NCBI GenBank assembly: GCA_963835925.1
Contig: CAWIHH010000004.1
Location: 14,452 to 78,451, forward strand
Length of the DNA stretch: 64,000 bases
Direction of reading: 5' to 3'
Source: Candidatus Bathyarchaeota archaeon
GTDB lineage: Archaea > Thermoproteota > Bathyarchaeia > 40CM-2-53-6
Below are positions 32,391 through 41,841 of the stretch, piece after piece. Each line of letters starts with the position of its first letter. Position 1 is the stretch's first letter. The position numbers and the translations under genes are program-made. The notes under the pieces are model-generated. The model was not told where the DNA came from. It saw nothing but the letters and a program-made list of their open reading frames with translations, and did not search any database.

Positions 32391-32702
32391 ATGGCTGGAT
32401 ATGGTTTGACGACGACGGTGACGGTTGACGACGAGACTAGACGCAGGTTGAAGCGCCTGGCAGCGGTTCTGGATGAGACACAGGGTAGCATTGTGCGGAA
32501 AGCTCTTGCCTATTATGAGTCTCGACTAGCTACCAGAGCGAGCGAGAAGAAAGTTCCCAAGGGGATCTCAGAGGAGCTGAAGAAAGCCACCTTGGCAATC
32601 AGGAAGAAGGATCCGAAATGGGCGCGGGTTTCCACCCTTATGGAGCAGGCCACCACCTCCTTGGATGAGTTTTCCCAGGCGAGATGGGGTAAGGAAATCT
32701 GA
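32391..32702 (+). CDS. ribbon-helix-helix (CopG-like) antitoxin
   Basis: TTVTVDDETRRRLKRLAAVLDETQGSIVRKALAYY is an RHH pattern. Its stop overlaps the PIN reading frame. Confidence 0.7.
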   Translation: MAGYGLTTTVTVDDETRRRLKRLAAVLDETQGSIVRKALAYYESRLATRASEKKVPKGISEELKKATLAIRKKDPKWARVSTLMEQATTSLDEFSQARWGKEI

Positions 32703-33109
32703 AACTGGCCCTCGACAGCTCCGTCTTCAGGAATCGTTCCTTTCTCGAATGGTTACGGTACACCAAGAAATACGAATTGCAGATGTCCATCATAGCCTAT
32801 GTGGAGACTCTTCTTTGGTACAAATCCCTCGGCCTAACCAAGACAGACTTCGACGAGGAATTGGCAAATATCGGAGTATTGGTGATTGGATTATCCGAAA
32901 CCCTCGCTGACGCAACAACGTCCAGAGCCATCAATTACAGAAAGTCATTTCCATTCAAACATCACGCGAGAGACTACATCATAGGAACCACAGCCCTAGA
33001 GAACAAGGCCCTACTCATCACGTACAATTTGGATGACTTCCGATGGGTGGTCGAGGAAGGCGGAGTCGTTGATACGCCCGAGAATTTCCTAACAACACAA
33101 GTCACATGA
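32699..33109 (+). CDS. vapC: PIN-domain toxin VapC (non-ATG start; listed ORF begins 32777)
   Basis: The frame is open from 32699 (LKLALDSSVF.., PIN N-terminal motif). The C-terminal LLITYNLDDF motif is present. Confidence 0.65.
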   Translation: MKLALDSSVFRNRSFLEWLRYTKKYELQMSIIAYVETLLWYKSLGLTKTDFDEELANIGVLVIGLSETLADATTSRAINYRKSFPFKHHARDYIIGTTALENKALLITYNLDDFRWVVEEGGVVDTPENFLTTQVT

Positions 33110-33229
33110 AGTTTGAATCAGCGCACTACGTAACCCGTTGACGCAGGGGGCAAATCCTCCCCTTCGTGCACGCCAGCCGCCTTCTTTACAGCTTCAGAAA
33201 TCACAACGTGACCCTTCGAAGAAACCCTA

Positions 33230-33530
33230 CCTGTAGCAGCACGGAACGCGCATCCTACTCAAGTAAGAATATTCTTACTCTAACATTTGGCCTAAATCAC
33301 CCTCGTTCCGACAAGCTGTGCCTTGAAGATGAGGATGCGATAGTTCCAGCATCGAACTCAGCGGTGTGATCGAATTCAGCTTATGAGTTGGCGAAACTGC
33401 TCAGGAAGACCTCTCGGATCATTAAGGTTAGATCTCAGTTCAAGGTTGTGAAGGAGGATCCTGCAGACAACGCAATTCTGAATACGGCCTACGATGGAAG
33501 ATGTGAATTCGTAGTCAGCGGCAGCTGCAA
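33230..33530 (+). pseudogene. PIN_3-type toxin fragment
   Basis: Manual translation gives AYELAKLLRKTSRIIKVRSQFKVVKEDPADNAILNTAYDGRCEFVVSG and then breaks off. This resembles the central part of the TIGR00305-like PIN family. Confidence 0.35.
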
Positions 33531-33598
33531 CAGCAGCAACAAGCCACATCAGCTTAACTGAAGACGGCGCACTGGACAAGTACTTCCTCGGCCACTCA

Positions 33599-34081
33599 AT
33601 GGTCGCTAACCATCTAGGCCCATACAGCCAAGAAGGCGTCTGGACTTTCACCAACGCACCACTGAGCGGAGAGACAAGCGCAATCTGGGAAGTCGACCTG
33701 AACGGATACATTTCAGGAACAGCACTAGCGTTCACCTGGAGTAACGAGTTCAGATCCATCAGCTGGTACACAGTAACCGTGCAAGGCGCGGCGGTAGGGA
33801 ACGCAACAGGTCCCTCGTTCGCATCGTACACGGAGGATGGCATCTACGAATTCTACTTGGTTCCAGGCACGTACAGCATGAGCATGTCAGGTCCAGGATA
33901 CAGATCAACACCAATGGGCACTATCAGTGTCACGAGCGGGCAGTCGTCCGTTCCAGGCTCTGGTAATAACGTCGGATTGCCGCAAAGCAACATTCCAGTC
34001 CCAGAGTTCAGCGGAATAGCAGTCGTAGCACTATCAGCGCTTGCAGCATCACTATACCTACTACGCCGCAGACGCCAATAG
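33599..34081 (+). pseudogene. C-terminal fragment of a PEF-CTERM-anchored surface protein
   Basis: It ends NIPVPEFSGIAVVALSALAASLYLLRRRRQ (PEF tripeptide, TM segment, Arg cluster). There is no signal peptide or credible start, and the beta-sandwich-like DGIYEFYLVPGTYSMSMSGPGY lies upstream. Confidence 0.55.
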
Positions 34082-34246
34082 GCACTGCGAGCGTACCCTC
34101 CCTTTTTCCGTCTTTTTTTTCATTCAACGAAAATGAGAACACAGTCCGCGCTCTCCGAACTACGGGTAGTAGAACACTTTTTTCGCTGGAGCATGCTATG
34201 GCAAATGGCTTTCGCATGTCTTTGACGAGTCCCGTTTGAGGTGCGG

Positions 34247-34675
34247 TCAGGGCCTGAGCAGTTCTATGGGGTATCCTTTGAGTTTTAATTTCGCGAATTG
34301 AGTGGTGCGATCCGCTGTTAGGCATTTGGTCTTTCTTAGGACGGCTAGGGCTACTGGAATTGCATCGTAGATGGTCACTTTTCCATTGAACGCAACTTCT
34401 GACGATCGCGATAGGAGATTTGCATCTACGGGTGCCTCGAGCAAGTGGAGGCGATAGTAGTGGTTCATTGCTTCCGCAAGTTTCCTGTTGTCGTAGTCAG
34501 GTTTGTAGCGGAGGGCGTTGGCCAGTTCGCAGGGGAGCAGTGGAGTTGTGATGAGTGTTAATTGGCCTTTCACATGGGAATCTCTGAGCGCGAGAGCTTC
34601 GGGTGTGGCGTCTTCTTGGCTGAACCATTTAACGGCGACTGAGGAGTCTATGACGATTTGGAGGCGTCGCGCCAT
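34247..34675 (-). CDS. vapC: PIN-domain toxin VapC
   Basis: 142 aa with the IVIDSSVAVKWF N-terminal motif and IYDAIPVALA..CLTADR C-terminal motifs. Confidence 0.8.
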   Translation of the reverse strand: MARRLQIVIDSSVAVKWFSQEDATPEALALRDSHVKGQLTLITTPLLPCELANALRYKPDYDNRKLAEAMNHYYRLHLLEAPVDANLLSRSSEVAFNGKVTIYDAIPVALAVLRKTKCLTADRTTQFAKLKLKGYPIELLRP

Positions 34676-34878
34676 TTTCGAATCTCCTTAGCCCCGTTCC
34701 AGGTCGGCGTGCTGGTTGAGGTGCGGAGTCTGTCGATACACGCCGCCGCCGTAGTCATCTCCTCTTGGCGTATTGTCTCTTCGAACGCCCTGCGGGCGAC
34801 CGAACTCCAGTTGGTCTTCTTTCGTCTCTGCATCTCACGCTTGAGTTCTTCCGGGATAGTTATCGTCACGTTCGCCAT
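34648..34878 (-). CDS. vapB: VapB-type antitoxin
   Basis: The likely start is MANVTITIPEELKREMQRR (M49 of the listed ORF). It overlaps the vapC start. Confidence 0.6.
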   Translation of the reverse strand: MANVTITIPEELKREMQRRKKTNWSSVARRAFEETIRQEEMTTAAACIDRLRTSTSTPTWNGAKEIRKWRDASKSS

Positions 34879-35314
34879 ACCCGTTACCTGGACACGTGTA
34901 ATTGACATGTGTCCTATATCTGTGCTGTTTGCAGCGCGCATATAGAATATTATGAAGATCTCTCTCAGAGTTAGGACAGTGCTGTGTGGGAGCATGATTC
35001 CCGAAAGCGCCATAGGGGTCATGATGATTGGAGAGAGCGCATTATGGGCGCAACGTATCGAGCGGAACGTAGCTTAGCGGGCGATGTTCTGCTGCTAGTG
35101 CGGATTCTTCGCACCATCAGAACTGTTGCCAGCATCCTGACCCCCCTCCTGGTTGTTGAATTTCATATCGATAAGGTTCTCGACCTTAGCCTGTATCCGT
35201 TGATAACACGGGTCTAATGGTGTGTGCGCATCTAATGGCGGATCAGGTTCTCGTCTTTACGTGCGGCAAGTGGCCCGAAGAATTGGTCGCCAATGGGTAT
35301 TGCATGTTGACTTT

Positions 35315-36244
35315 TCATAGTTGGCGTAGTAAGATGTCTAGTGCGTAGGCCAATGTCAGGGTGACTCCGAAGAGCATGTGAAAGCGGGCAGTACCTCGTA
35401 CTGCACGGCTAAGCGGTTTTCCTTCGACCCCCGAATGAACGAACATGATAAGGTGAACTGCTTGGGGAGCCGTGAAAACGGTGAGCAGAGTGAGGAGAGG
35501 AACCACACCAACACTCGCCAAAAGAAAGATGATGAAGTATGGAGCGGTAATCATTGCGTAATAGATAATGTTTGATGCAGCCTTCCCTCTTTCTGTGCCC
35601 AACCATCTCTCGGCCAAGACCACCCAGGTCAATCGGTCTCTTTGATTGTCCTGTACGACATCTCTAAGATTGTTCGCATGAAGAATCGCCATGACAAGGA
35701 AGCCTATGGGTAAAGAGACTAGTAGTGGAGTCAGAGCCAGTGACTTTGTTTGCACGTAATAGCTACCCATGACCATGATTGGCCCCATGAAGATGAACAC
35801 CTCGGGCTCTCCCAAGCCTCGGTAGCCCAAGGCCAGAGGCTTAGCAGTGTAGAACCAGGCAGCCAGAACGCTCGCAACCCCAATCAGCAGGATTAGCCAT
35901 CCCACCTTCAACGTAAGGTAGATGCCGATTCCGCTGGCCACAGAAAAAACGACTATAGCTGCCCACATAACTTGTTCAGATGAAAGCTCGTTCTTGATAA
36001 TTACTCCTGCAGGACCGAGAGAATCCTCCTTGTCAACCCCTTGAACGTAGTCTAAGTACTCGTTGGCTAAATTGGTGCCCGCCTGAATTGCCATAGATCC
36101 AACCAACGCAAAGAAGAAAAGAATCAAGTCGATGCGGCCAATTTGCCAAGCGATCATAGTGCCCACCATGACGGGAACGATGGAAGCCGGATAAGAGAAG
36201 GGCCTCAGCGCATCGTACCATATTTTCAGACTGCGAATGTTCAA
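35315..36244 (-). CDS. UbiA-family prenyltransferase, MenA-like
   Basis: 309 aa with about 8-9 TM segments and NLANEYLDYVQGVDKED (NxxxDxxxGxD-like first Asp-rich motif). Confidence 0.6.
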   Translation of the reverse strand: MNIRSLKIWYDALRPFSYPASIVPVMVGTMIAWQIGRIDLILFFFALVGSMAIQAGTNLANEYLDYVQGVDKEDSLGPAGVIIKNELSSEQVMWAAIVVFSVASGIGIYLTLKVGWLILLIGVASVLAAWFYTAKPLALGYRGLGEPEVFIFMGPIMVMGSYYVQTKSLALTPLLVSLPIGFLVMAILHANNLRDVVQDNQRDRLTWVVLAERWLGTERGKAASNIIYYAMITAPYFIIFLLASVGVVPLLTLLTVFTAPQAVHLIMFVHSGVEGKPLSRAVRGTARFHMLFGVTLTLAYALDILLRQL

Positions 36245-36283
36245 CCGTGTGGCCCCCGGCTCGTTTCGTTAACCCAACACTCG

Positions 36284-37609
36284 CTAAGTTAGAACTCGCT
36301 TCGTCGTCTCCATGCCGAATTTGAGCATAATCAGTGCCATGATAATTGAGACGGCCGCGAACAAGGCGAAGAACGAATATCGGTTTGCGAAGAACATGAG
36401 CACCGTTGCCGCAACTAGGGGCGCTACCACTCCGCCTATTCGACCCCAGGCCATTCCATGCCCCTCCCCGGCATTACGTATCCTTGTAGGATAGATTTCA
36501 GTTCCCCAGATTATAGTCACATTGTTCCCACCGTTGAACCATCCTCCTGCAAAGAAAGCGAAAGCGAGGAACAGACCAAGACTTTGACTCGGACTCAGCA
36601 AGCCGAACACCACGAAGCTCACTGCGCTTAATCCGTAGTAGATCGAGGCACTCAACCTTCTCCCAATTCGATCAACTATAGCCGCAGTGGACAAGCTGAT
36701 CCCGATCGCTCCCAAATTCGTCACTAATCCGTATGTGAAAGAAAGCTGCGCAGGAAGGTTGTATGGAGGTCCGATGAGTACGGATGGCAGCCATCCACTG
36801 AATCCGTAGGCTATGAAGAACCCTAGGAAAAGAGTCGTTGACAATACGAATGTCCGCCGCCTGTATGGTTCAGAGAATATCTCCTTGAAACCCGCTCTCG
36901 GTCCAGTTTCTACAACTACTCTCTCACCAGGAATTTGAGTCAAAGCCGGGGCTCCTATGCGGTCAAGCACCTCGTCGGCAGCCTTCACGTTGCCTCGCAA
37001 TAGTAGAAATCTTGGAGACTCGGGGACCCATTGTCTGATCAAGAAACTAAGTATTGCTGGGGCGAGCCCGAGAAAGTAGAGGATTCTCCACCCGAAAGGA
37101 ACACCAACGAATATGCCGGCAAGAGAAGCGAGCACCCAGCCGGTAGGGAACATGTTAGAAACAATTGCTAAGACGCGTCCTCTAATGCGAGCGGGGATGA
37201 ACTCAGCAACCAGAGTGTTGGCTATTGGAACTTCACCTCCGAGCCCGAAACCAGTGAGAATCCTTGCAGCCAGCAGCAAGGGATAGCTTGGAGCAATTCC
37301 GCTTAACCCTGACCCAATGCTGTAGATGAGCACCGTCCACATGAATGCAGGTTTCCTGCCAATTTTATCAGAGAGAGTGGACCAGACAAGTGAGCCGATG
37401 AACATGCCCGCTAGTGTGAATGAAAGAACAAGACCGCCATAGATCGGAGTGGATAGCATGAATTCTCTTCCAATACCAGGCAAAGCATACCCTGTCAGAA
37501 GCAGATCCATTCCATCGAATATCTGAGACAAAGAAGCAACAAGTAAGATTAGCAGAACAGGACGACTGGTAATGGATATCGACTCTAACCTGCGAACCTC
37601 GGCTTCCAT
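36284..37609 (-). CDS. MFS transporter
   Basis: 441 aa with 12 predicted TM segments and a GRKP loop motif between TM2 and TM3 (LSDKIGRKPAF). Confidence 0.75.
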   Translation of the reverse strand: MEAEVRRLESISITSRPVLLILLVASLSQIFDGMDLLLTGYALPGIGREFMLSTPIYGGLVLSFTLAGMFIGSLVWSTLSDKIGRKPAFMWTVLIYSIGSGLSGIAPSYPLLLAARILTGFGLGGEVPIANTLVAEFIPARIRGRVLAIVSNMFPTGWVLASLAGIFVGVPFGWRILYFLGLAPAILSFLIRQWVPESPRFLLLRGNVKAADEVLDRIGAPALTQIPGERVVVETGPRAGFKEIFSEPYRRRTFVLSTTLFLGFFIAYGFSGWLPSVLIGPPYNLPAQLSFTYGLVTNLGAIGISLSTAAIVDRIGRRLSASIYYGLSAVSFVVFGLLSPSQSLGLFLAFAFFAGGWFNGGNNVTIIWGTEIYPTRIRNAGEGHGMAWGRIGGVVAPLVAATVLMFFANRYSFFALFAAVSIIMALIMLKFGMETTKRVLT

Positions 37610-37715
37610 GATTTCTTCGTCCTGAACAGCCTAATCATTCAGCATCTGAGCTACGTTGGCCTGAGACTCAGCCTCTCAAATCAACGTAGTCAATGTTTCG
37701 GTCGGCGATTAGTGA

Positions 37716-37802
37716 CATGTGTGTGCGGGATAGCTGGTGCGTGTCGTCGCCGTGGGTCGTGCTGCGCACACACAAATAGTTAGAACAAACGTTCAAATTA
37801 CA
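37716..37802 (+). repeat. intergenic repeat family copy (rearranged)
   Basis: tgtgtgtgcgggatagctggtgcg at 37718-37741, an inverted gcgcacacaca at approx. 37764-37774 and ttcaaatta at 37792-37800. Confidence 0.55.
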
Positions 37803-37945
37803 GCACAGGGAGACCGCACATCAGAGATAGTTAGAGCAGTAGGACATTGTTTGTCAACTCATCCCATATTGACGATTACTTGGTTAATGGTAACTATAGA
37901 TGAAGCATTCAAGGGCTAATTCTTGACAAGTACGGGGGAACTCGC

Positions 37946-38486
37946 ATGCGAATGAGAGATGCAATGTTTGCGATGACTTTGGGCGTGGTCGCAGGGGTCA
38001 TAGCCGCGTTTGCCGAAAGGGCCGACTCTGCCATTACGGGAGGAAATGCGACGCCCCTTGGATACATAAACACATACACATGGTTGCTAGTCTCCGCGAC
38101 CATATTCGGGCCTCTCGGAGCTATCATCACCACGGAGGTTCAAGCGTTTATCGGATTGATCACGTTCGCAAATCCGCTTTCGTGGCTATGGCCTTCCGTT
38201 AATTTAGTATTCGCGGTTGTCGTGGGTACTGTTTCCGTAGCCCTTTCCAAGCTCCATCCGAAGATGAAGCTTCATACAAGGCTCTTGCTTTTGAGTCTCA
38301 CTTGCGCCCTCGTAGACATCCCGATGACCTATGTGGTGATTGTAATGGCTCTCGGATTGCCTTTCAAGTTCTACCTAGTCGCAGTTGCCGATTTACATCA
38401 CGCTTCAATTGGTGCCGTCCACGTTGATTTCGTATACCGTTCTTCGAGGAATCTTTCGGGCTCACATTACCGGCGCAGTTCTTTGA
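37946..38486 (+). CDS. hypothetical membrane protein, probable frameshift near 38385
   Basis: 5-6 TM segments. A hydrophobic C-terminus (LPIYITLQLVPSTLISYTVLRGIF..) continues in the +1 frame to a TGA at 38484-38486. Confidence 0.4.
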
Positions 38487-38504
38487 GTCGGTTGAGGTTA
38501 AGCA

Positions 38505-39668
38505 ATGCAGAACTCTGTTGGAACACCCCCGGAACCGAACCTGAAGAATAGAATGCGAGAGGTCTTCGACAAGCTGTCAAGACGTGAAGACCTTAAGTCC
38601 GACGAGACGGAATTTGTCACAAAGACCATTCTGGACGGATTGACTGATCGATCATCCGACGTTGCTGATTTGTTGGTTGCGTTCTTCGGCGGGTTGACTA
38701 TCAAAGAACCGACCGTGGATGAACTTGCATCAATGGCTGCGGCCATGGAAGCGACAAAGAAGTTCAGGTTCAGGTTCAATGTGGACAAACCCTTAGTGAC
38801 AGCAGGTGGAACTGGCGGTGATACGGTGCCAACCATAAACGTGACAACTCCGGCGGTGATAGCTGCTGCTGCCGCTGGTTCGTACGCCCTCAAGAGTGGT
38901 GCAAGAGCTTTCTCGTCAAAGACTGGATCAACCGATTTAGCTGACTGCTTGGGCATAGACGTGAACGTGCCTCGTGATATTGTAGAGAGCTGTGTAGAGA
39001 AAATCAAAGTCGCAGTGTGGGCCTCTGAAGGCGTCTATCCATGGATGGGTCCACTCATAGAATTGGGGCGCAAAGAATCTGTATCCGCTGTGATGCCATT
39101 GCTATATTCGCTTAGGCTCATGATCGCGACTGCCCTTAATCCGTTTTCAATAAGACGCCAAGTCAGGGGCGTGAGCAAGCCCTTCACAGAGAAGGTAGCT
39201 ACAGTTCTACGGAATTGTGGTTACGAAAGAGCTTTGGTGGTCTTGGGACATGGAAGGACAGAGGGCGTAATGATAGATGAATTTTCAAACCTTGGCAATT
39301 CTGTTGTATCAGAATTGAAACTTGATGGTTCTATAAACACTTACACGATTCTTCCAGAAGATGTGGGCGTAAAGCGAGGGCGGATTGAAGATGTCCTTGC
39401 TCGTCTCAGTCACGTCGAGAATGCGGCAGTCACGGTCAGAGTACTATCTGGTTCAGACAGAAGCGCACGCAGAGACCTCATCCTATTGAATGCCGCCTCA
39501 ATAATCTACGCGGCCGATGACGTGAAGGATATAAGAGATGGGTTTGAACTGGCCTGTCAGACAGTTGACGAAGGAAAGGCATTAGAGGAATTACGCAAGT
39601 TGATTGCTCTAAGTGGCGGAAAAATGGAGAAGCTTGAGTCCATTTTAGGTTCGTTGAATATGCCGTAG
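38505..39668 (+). CDS. anthranilate phosphoribosyltransferase-like (glycosyl transferase family 3, TrpD paralog)
   Basis: AGGTGGDTVPTINVTTPAVIAAAAAG and SSKTGSTDLADCLG correspond to the GTGGD / SSKxGSAD motifs. Confidence 0.65.
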   Translation: MQNSVGTPPEPNLKNRMREVFDKLSRREDLKSDETEFVTKTILDGLTDRSSDVADLLVAFFGGLTIKEPTVDELASMAAAMEATKKFRFRFNVDKPLVTAGGTGGDTVPTINVTTPAVIAAAAAGSYALKSGARAFSSKTGSTDLADCLGIDVNVPRDIVESCVEKIKVAVWASEGVYPWMGPLIELGRKESVSAVMPLLYSLRLMIATALNPFSIRRQVRGVSKPFTEKVATVLRNCGYERALVVLGHGRTEGVMIDEFSNLGNSVVSELKLDGSINTYTILPEDVGVKRGRIEDVLARLSHVENAAVTVRVLSGSDRSARRDLILLNAASIIYAADDVKDIRDGFELACQTVDEGKALEELRKLIALSGGKMEKLESILGSLNMP

Positions 39669-39672
39669 GTGG

Positions 39673-39891
39673 ATGTGTTTGTCAAAGGTAACAGATGAAA
39701 CCGTAACTGTAATCTTCGAAACTGAAAGGCTCACCCAACTAAAAAAAGCCAGAGACCTATTTGCAAGTGATACAGACAATGATATTTCGATAAATGATTT
39801 CCTGGACATGCTCATCAAGACTTACGTCATGTATCGAGACAAGAGAGGCCCCACTGAAAGTTCGTTGCTCAAGAAAATGACTCAGACGTGA
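39673..39891 (+). CDS. small hypothetical protein
   Basis: 72-aa ORF with an ATG start directly after the TrpD-like gene. No recognisable family. Confidence 0.3.
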   Translation: MCLSKVTDETVTVIFETERLTQLKKARDLFASDTDNDISINDFLDMLIKTYVMYRDKRGPTESSLLKKMTQT

Positions 39892-40565
39892 TTACCCTCT
39901 ACATGAAACGATAGAATTAATGTCCTATCGACTACTTTGGTGCTCTTGAGTTTCAACGGTATTGCGTCCGCCTCTTGAAGGAAACCTTCACCATCGACAA
40001 GCGTTGGTGCATCTCTTCCTCCCCAGATGTAAGGTACGACCCAGACAAAGAGTTCGTCCACGAGTCCCTCCTTGAAAAAGCCCCAGCGGGCTTCTCCTCC
40101 ACCTTCAACTAGAACTGAATGTATACCGCGCTTCTTTAGCTCACCCAACAATTCCTTCAAGTCAACACGTTGGGATCCGCGCAATACGAGAACTTCCACC
40201 TTCCTTCGCAGAAGCTTGACCCTGCCTTCAGGGGCATGCTTCGTGACTGCGATTACGGTTGAGGCTTCCCTGCCAAGAATTTTTGATTCCAATGGCGTTC
40301 TCGCTTTACTGTCGAGCACAACTCTGAGAGGGTTTTTTCCTTTCACCTTCCTGACCGTCAGCGAAGGATTATCCGCTATGACAGTATCGACACCTACCAC
40401 GATCGCGTCCACCTTGGATCTGATAGTGTGTAACATCCTTTGATGTCGGGCCGTCATAAATCTTGAAAACTTCCTTCCAACTCGATCAGCGGGCGCTATC
40501 TTACCATCTACGCTCATGAGTCCGCCGACCGTAACCCTAACGTTATCCATTGTGACCAACCTCAC
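39882..40565 (-). CDS. diaminohydroxyphosphoribosylaminopyrimidine reductase (archaeal RibD C-terminal-type)
   Basis: Motifs MSVDGKIA, VDAIVVGVDTVIADNPSLTVR, NPLRVVLDS and VLVEGGG. Confidence 0.75.
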   Translation of the reverse strand: MRLVTMDNVRVTVGGLMSVDGKIAPADRVGRKFSRFMTARHQRMLHTIRSKVDAIVVGVDTVIADNPSLTVRKVKGKNPLRVVLDSKARTPLESKILGREASTVIAVTKHAPEGRVKLLRRKVEVLVLRGSQRVDLKELLGELKKRGIHSVLVEGGGEARWGFFKEGLVDELFVWVVPYIWGGRDAPTLVDGEGFLQEADAIPLKLKSTKVVDRTLILSFHVEGNHV

Positions 40566-40608
40566 CTAACCACACCCATACGAGAAGAGCTTGTTTTAGG
40601 CGTGGAAT

Positions 40609-40860
40609 TTGAACATCGTCGTTAACATGATTTTCTGTATGTGTGGTATTAATGGTGCGCGCATGCTGGAGCCGCATATCCGCAACCCAAACGAAAGTGT
40701 GAAACTGAGAATCTTGGAGCTTGCGCATCAGGGTAGATCTAATGAAGACATTTGCAAGATATTGGACAAGACCTATGACCCCTATCGTCCTTTCGTCTCA
40801 AGAGTCATAGCGGAATATCGAGGAAGAGGGGTACTGACTGCAAAGATCGACACGGAATGA
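40609..40860 (+). CDS. small HTH-like protein
   Basis: VKLRILELAHQGRSNEDICKILDKT is an HTH-like segment. The likely ATG at 40664 lies immediately after a repeat copy. Confidence 0.35.
   Translation: MNIVVNMIFCMCGINGARMLEPHIRNPNESVKLRILELAHQGRSNEDICKILDKTYDPYRPFVSRVIAEYRGRGVLTAKIDTE
40637..40664 (+). repeat. intergenic repeat family copy (short form)
   Basis: tgtatgtgtggtattaatggtgcgcgca. Confidence 0.5.
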
Positions 40861-40962
40861 GTTTTGTAACAACACTTACCCCACCCGGTTGGGCGGATTT
40901 CTTCAACTTAACAACAACTGCATCTTCGAGTATGGCGGTTCGAACGGTCAGAGGTCGATGAC

Positions 40963-41841
40963 TCAGACTTCTGAAGCTTCAAGTGCAACAGTCCGCATTG
41001 TTACGAATTCTGCGCAAGACTTCTTCAGCCTTCGAATTAGGCGGAGAACCTGATCGACTGACCTTTTGCCGCAGTTGTGACTCACGTGAAACGGGACCCG
41101 ATACCCGTCTGGAACGTCGGCTAGTTCCCAAGAGTGCAATTCTATGATGAACGGTTGACCCAGTTTGAATAGCAGGTTTCCTGTCAAGCAGGGAAGTAGC
41201 TCCCCATAATTCTTGCGAAACCACCACCAGCCAACTGGAATTCTGAGAATCGGAAACATTGAAATCGGTAATTCAACTAGCCTCGCATTGGTCTGCTCAA
41301 TGCCCGAGTCCCACATGAAGGGACTCGAAAGTGAAAATATCGGCGAGTACCTGGTCCTAAACCAAGTATCCAACAGCGAACTATCATAGAGATAGCGTGC
41401 TTGCAATAGAGCAGTTATCATGTTCTTTGTGATCGCGAAATACGGTTCCCTGTACCCCTGAGGCGTCACACCTAATGAGTTCTCAAGCGTGCGTGTACTT
41501 CCCAAGATTTTTCTAAGCCATTCATCGCGAGTGCGTTCAGGCGTTCGGCAATGTTCCGTCCCATGGTTCCCAATCTCATGCCCGGCTTTGAGCATCTCAT
41601 GAAGCAGTGGGATGTTGCGTTGAGCAAAATATGTGGTCACGAAGAAAGTGGCATTCACATGCTCTAGATCAAGTAGCTCTAACAACGTTTGCAGGCCTTT
41701 GCGGGCCACTTCGAGCTTGATGGCTTCGGGCAAGGCCGTCACCCGGCTGCGACCAATGTCTTGGGGGATCGTCCATTCCTCCAAGTCGACGGTTATCGCT
41801 ACTTTTCTTGAGAGAACCATAAAATCGCCATCGTGGCGCAA
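40963..41841 (-). CDS. polysaccharide deacetylase (CE4)
   Basis: Motifs ITVDLEEW, ATFFV and GHEIGNHGTEH. Confidence 0.7.
   Translation of the reverse strand: MRHDGDFMVLSRKVAITVDLEEWTIPQDIGRSRVTALPEAIKLEVARKGLQTLLELLDLEHVNATFFVTTYFAQRNIPLLHEMLKAGHEIGNHGTEHCRTPERTRDEWLRKILGSTRTLENSLGVTPQGYREPYFAITKNMITALLQARYLYDSSLLDTWFRTRYSPIFSLSSPFMWDSGIEQTNARLVELPISMFPILRIPVGWWWFRKNYGELLPCLTGNLLFKLGQPFIIELHSWELADVPDGYRVPFHVSHNCGKRSVDQVLRLIRRLKKSCAEFVTMRTVALEASEV

Noticed and set aside
33376-33843. The 155-aa minus-strand ORF as a real gene.
   Set aside because: It is antisense to the PEF-CTERM fragment and to the plus-strand PIN_3-like fragment, both of which have recognisable motifs. The minus-strand translation has none.
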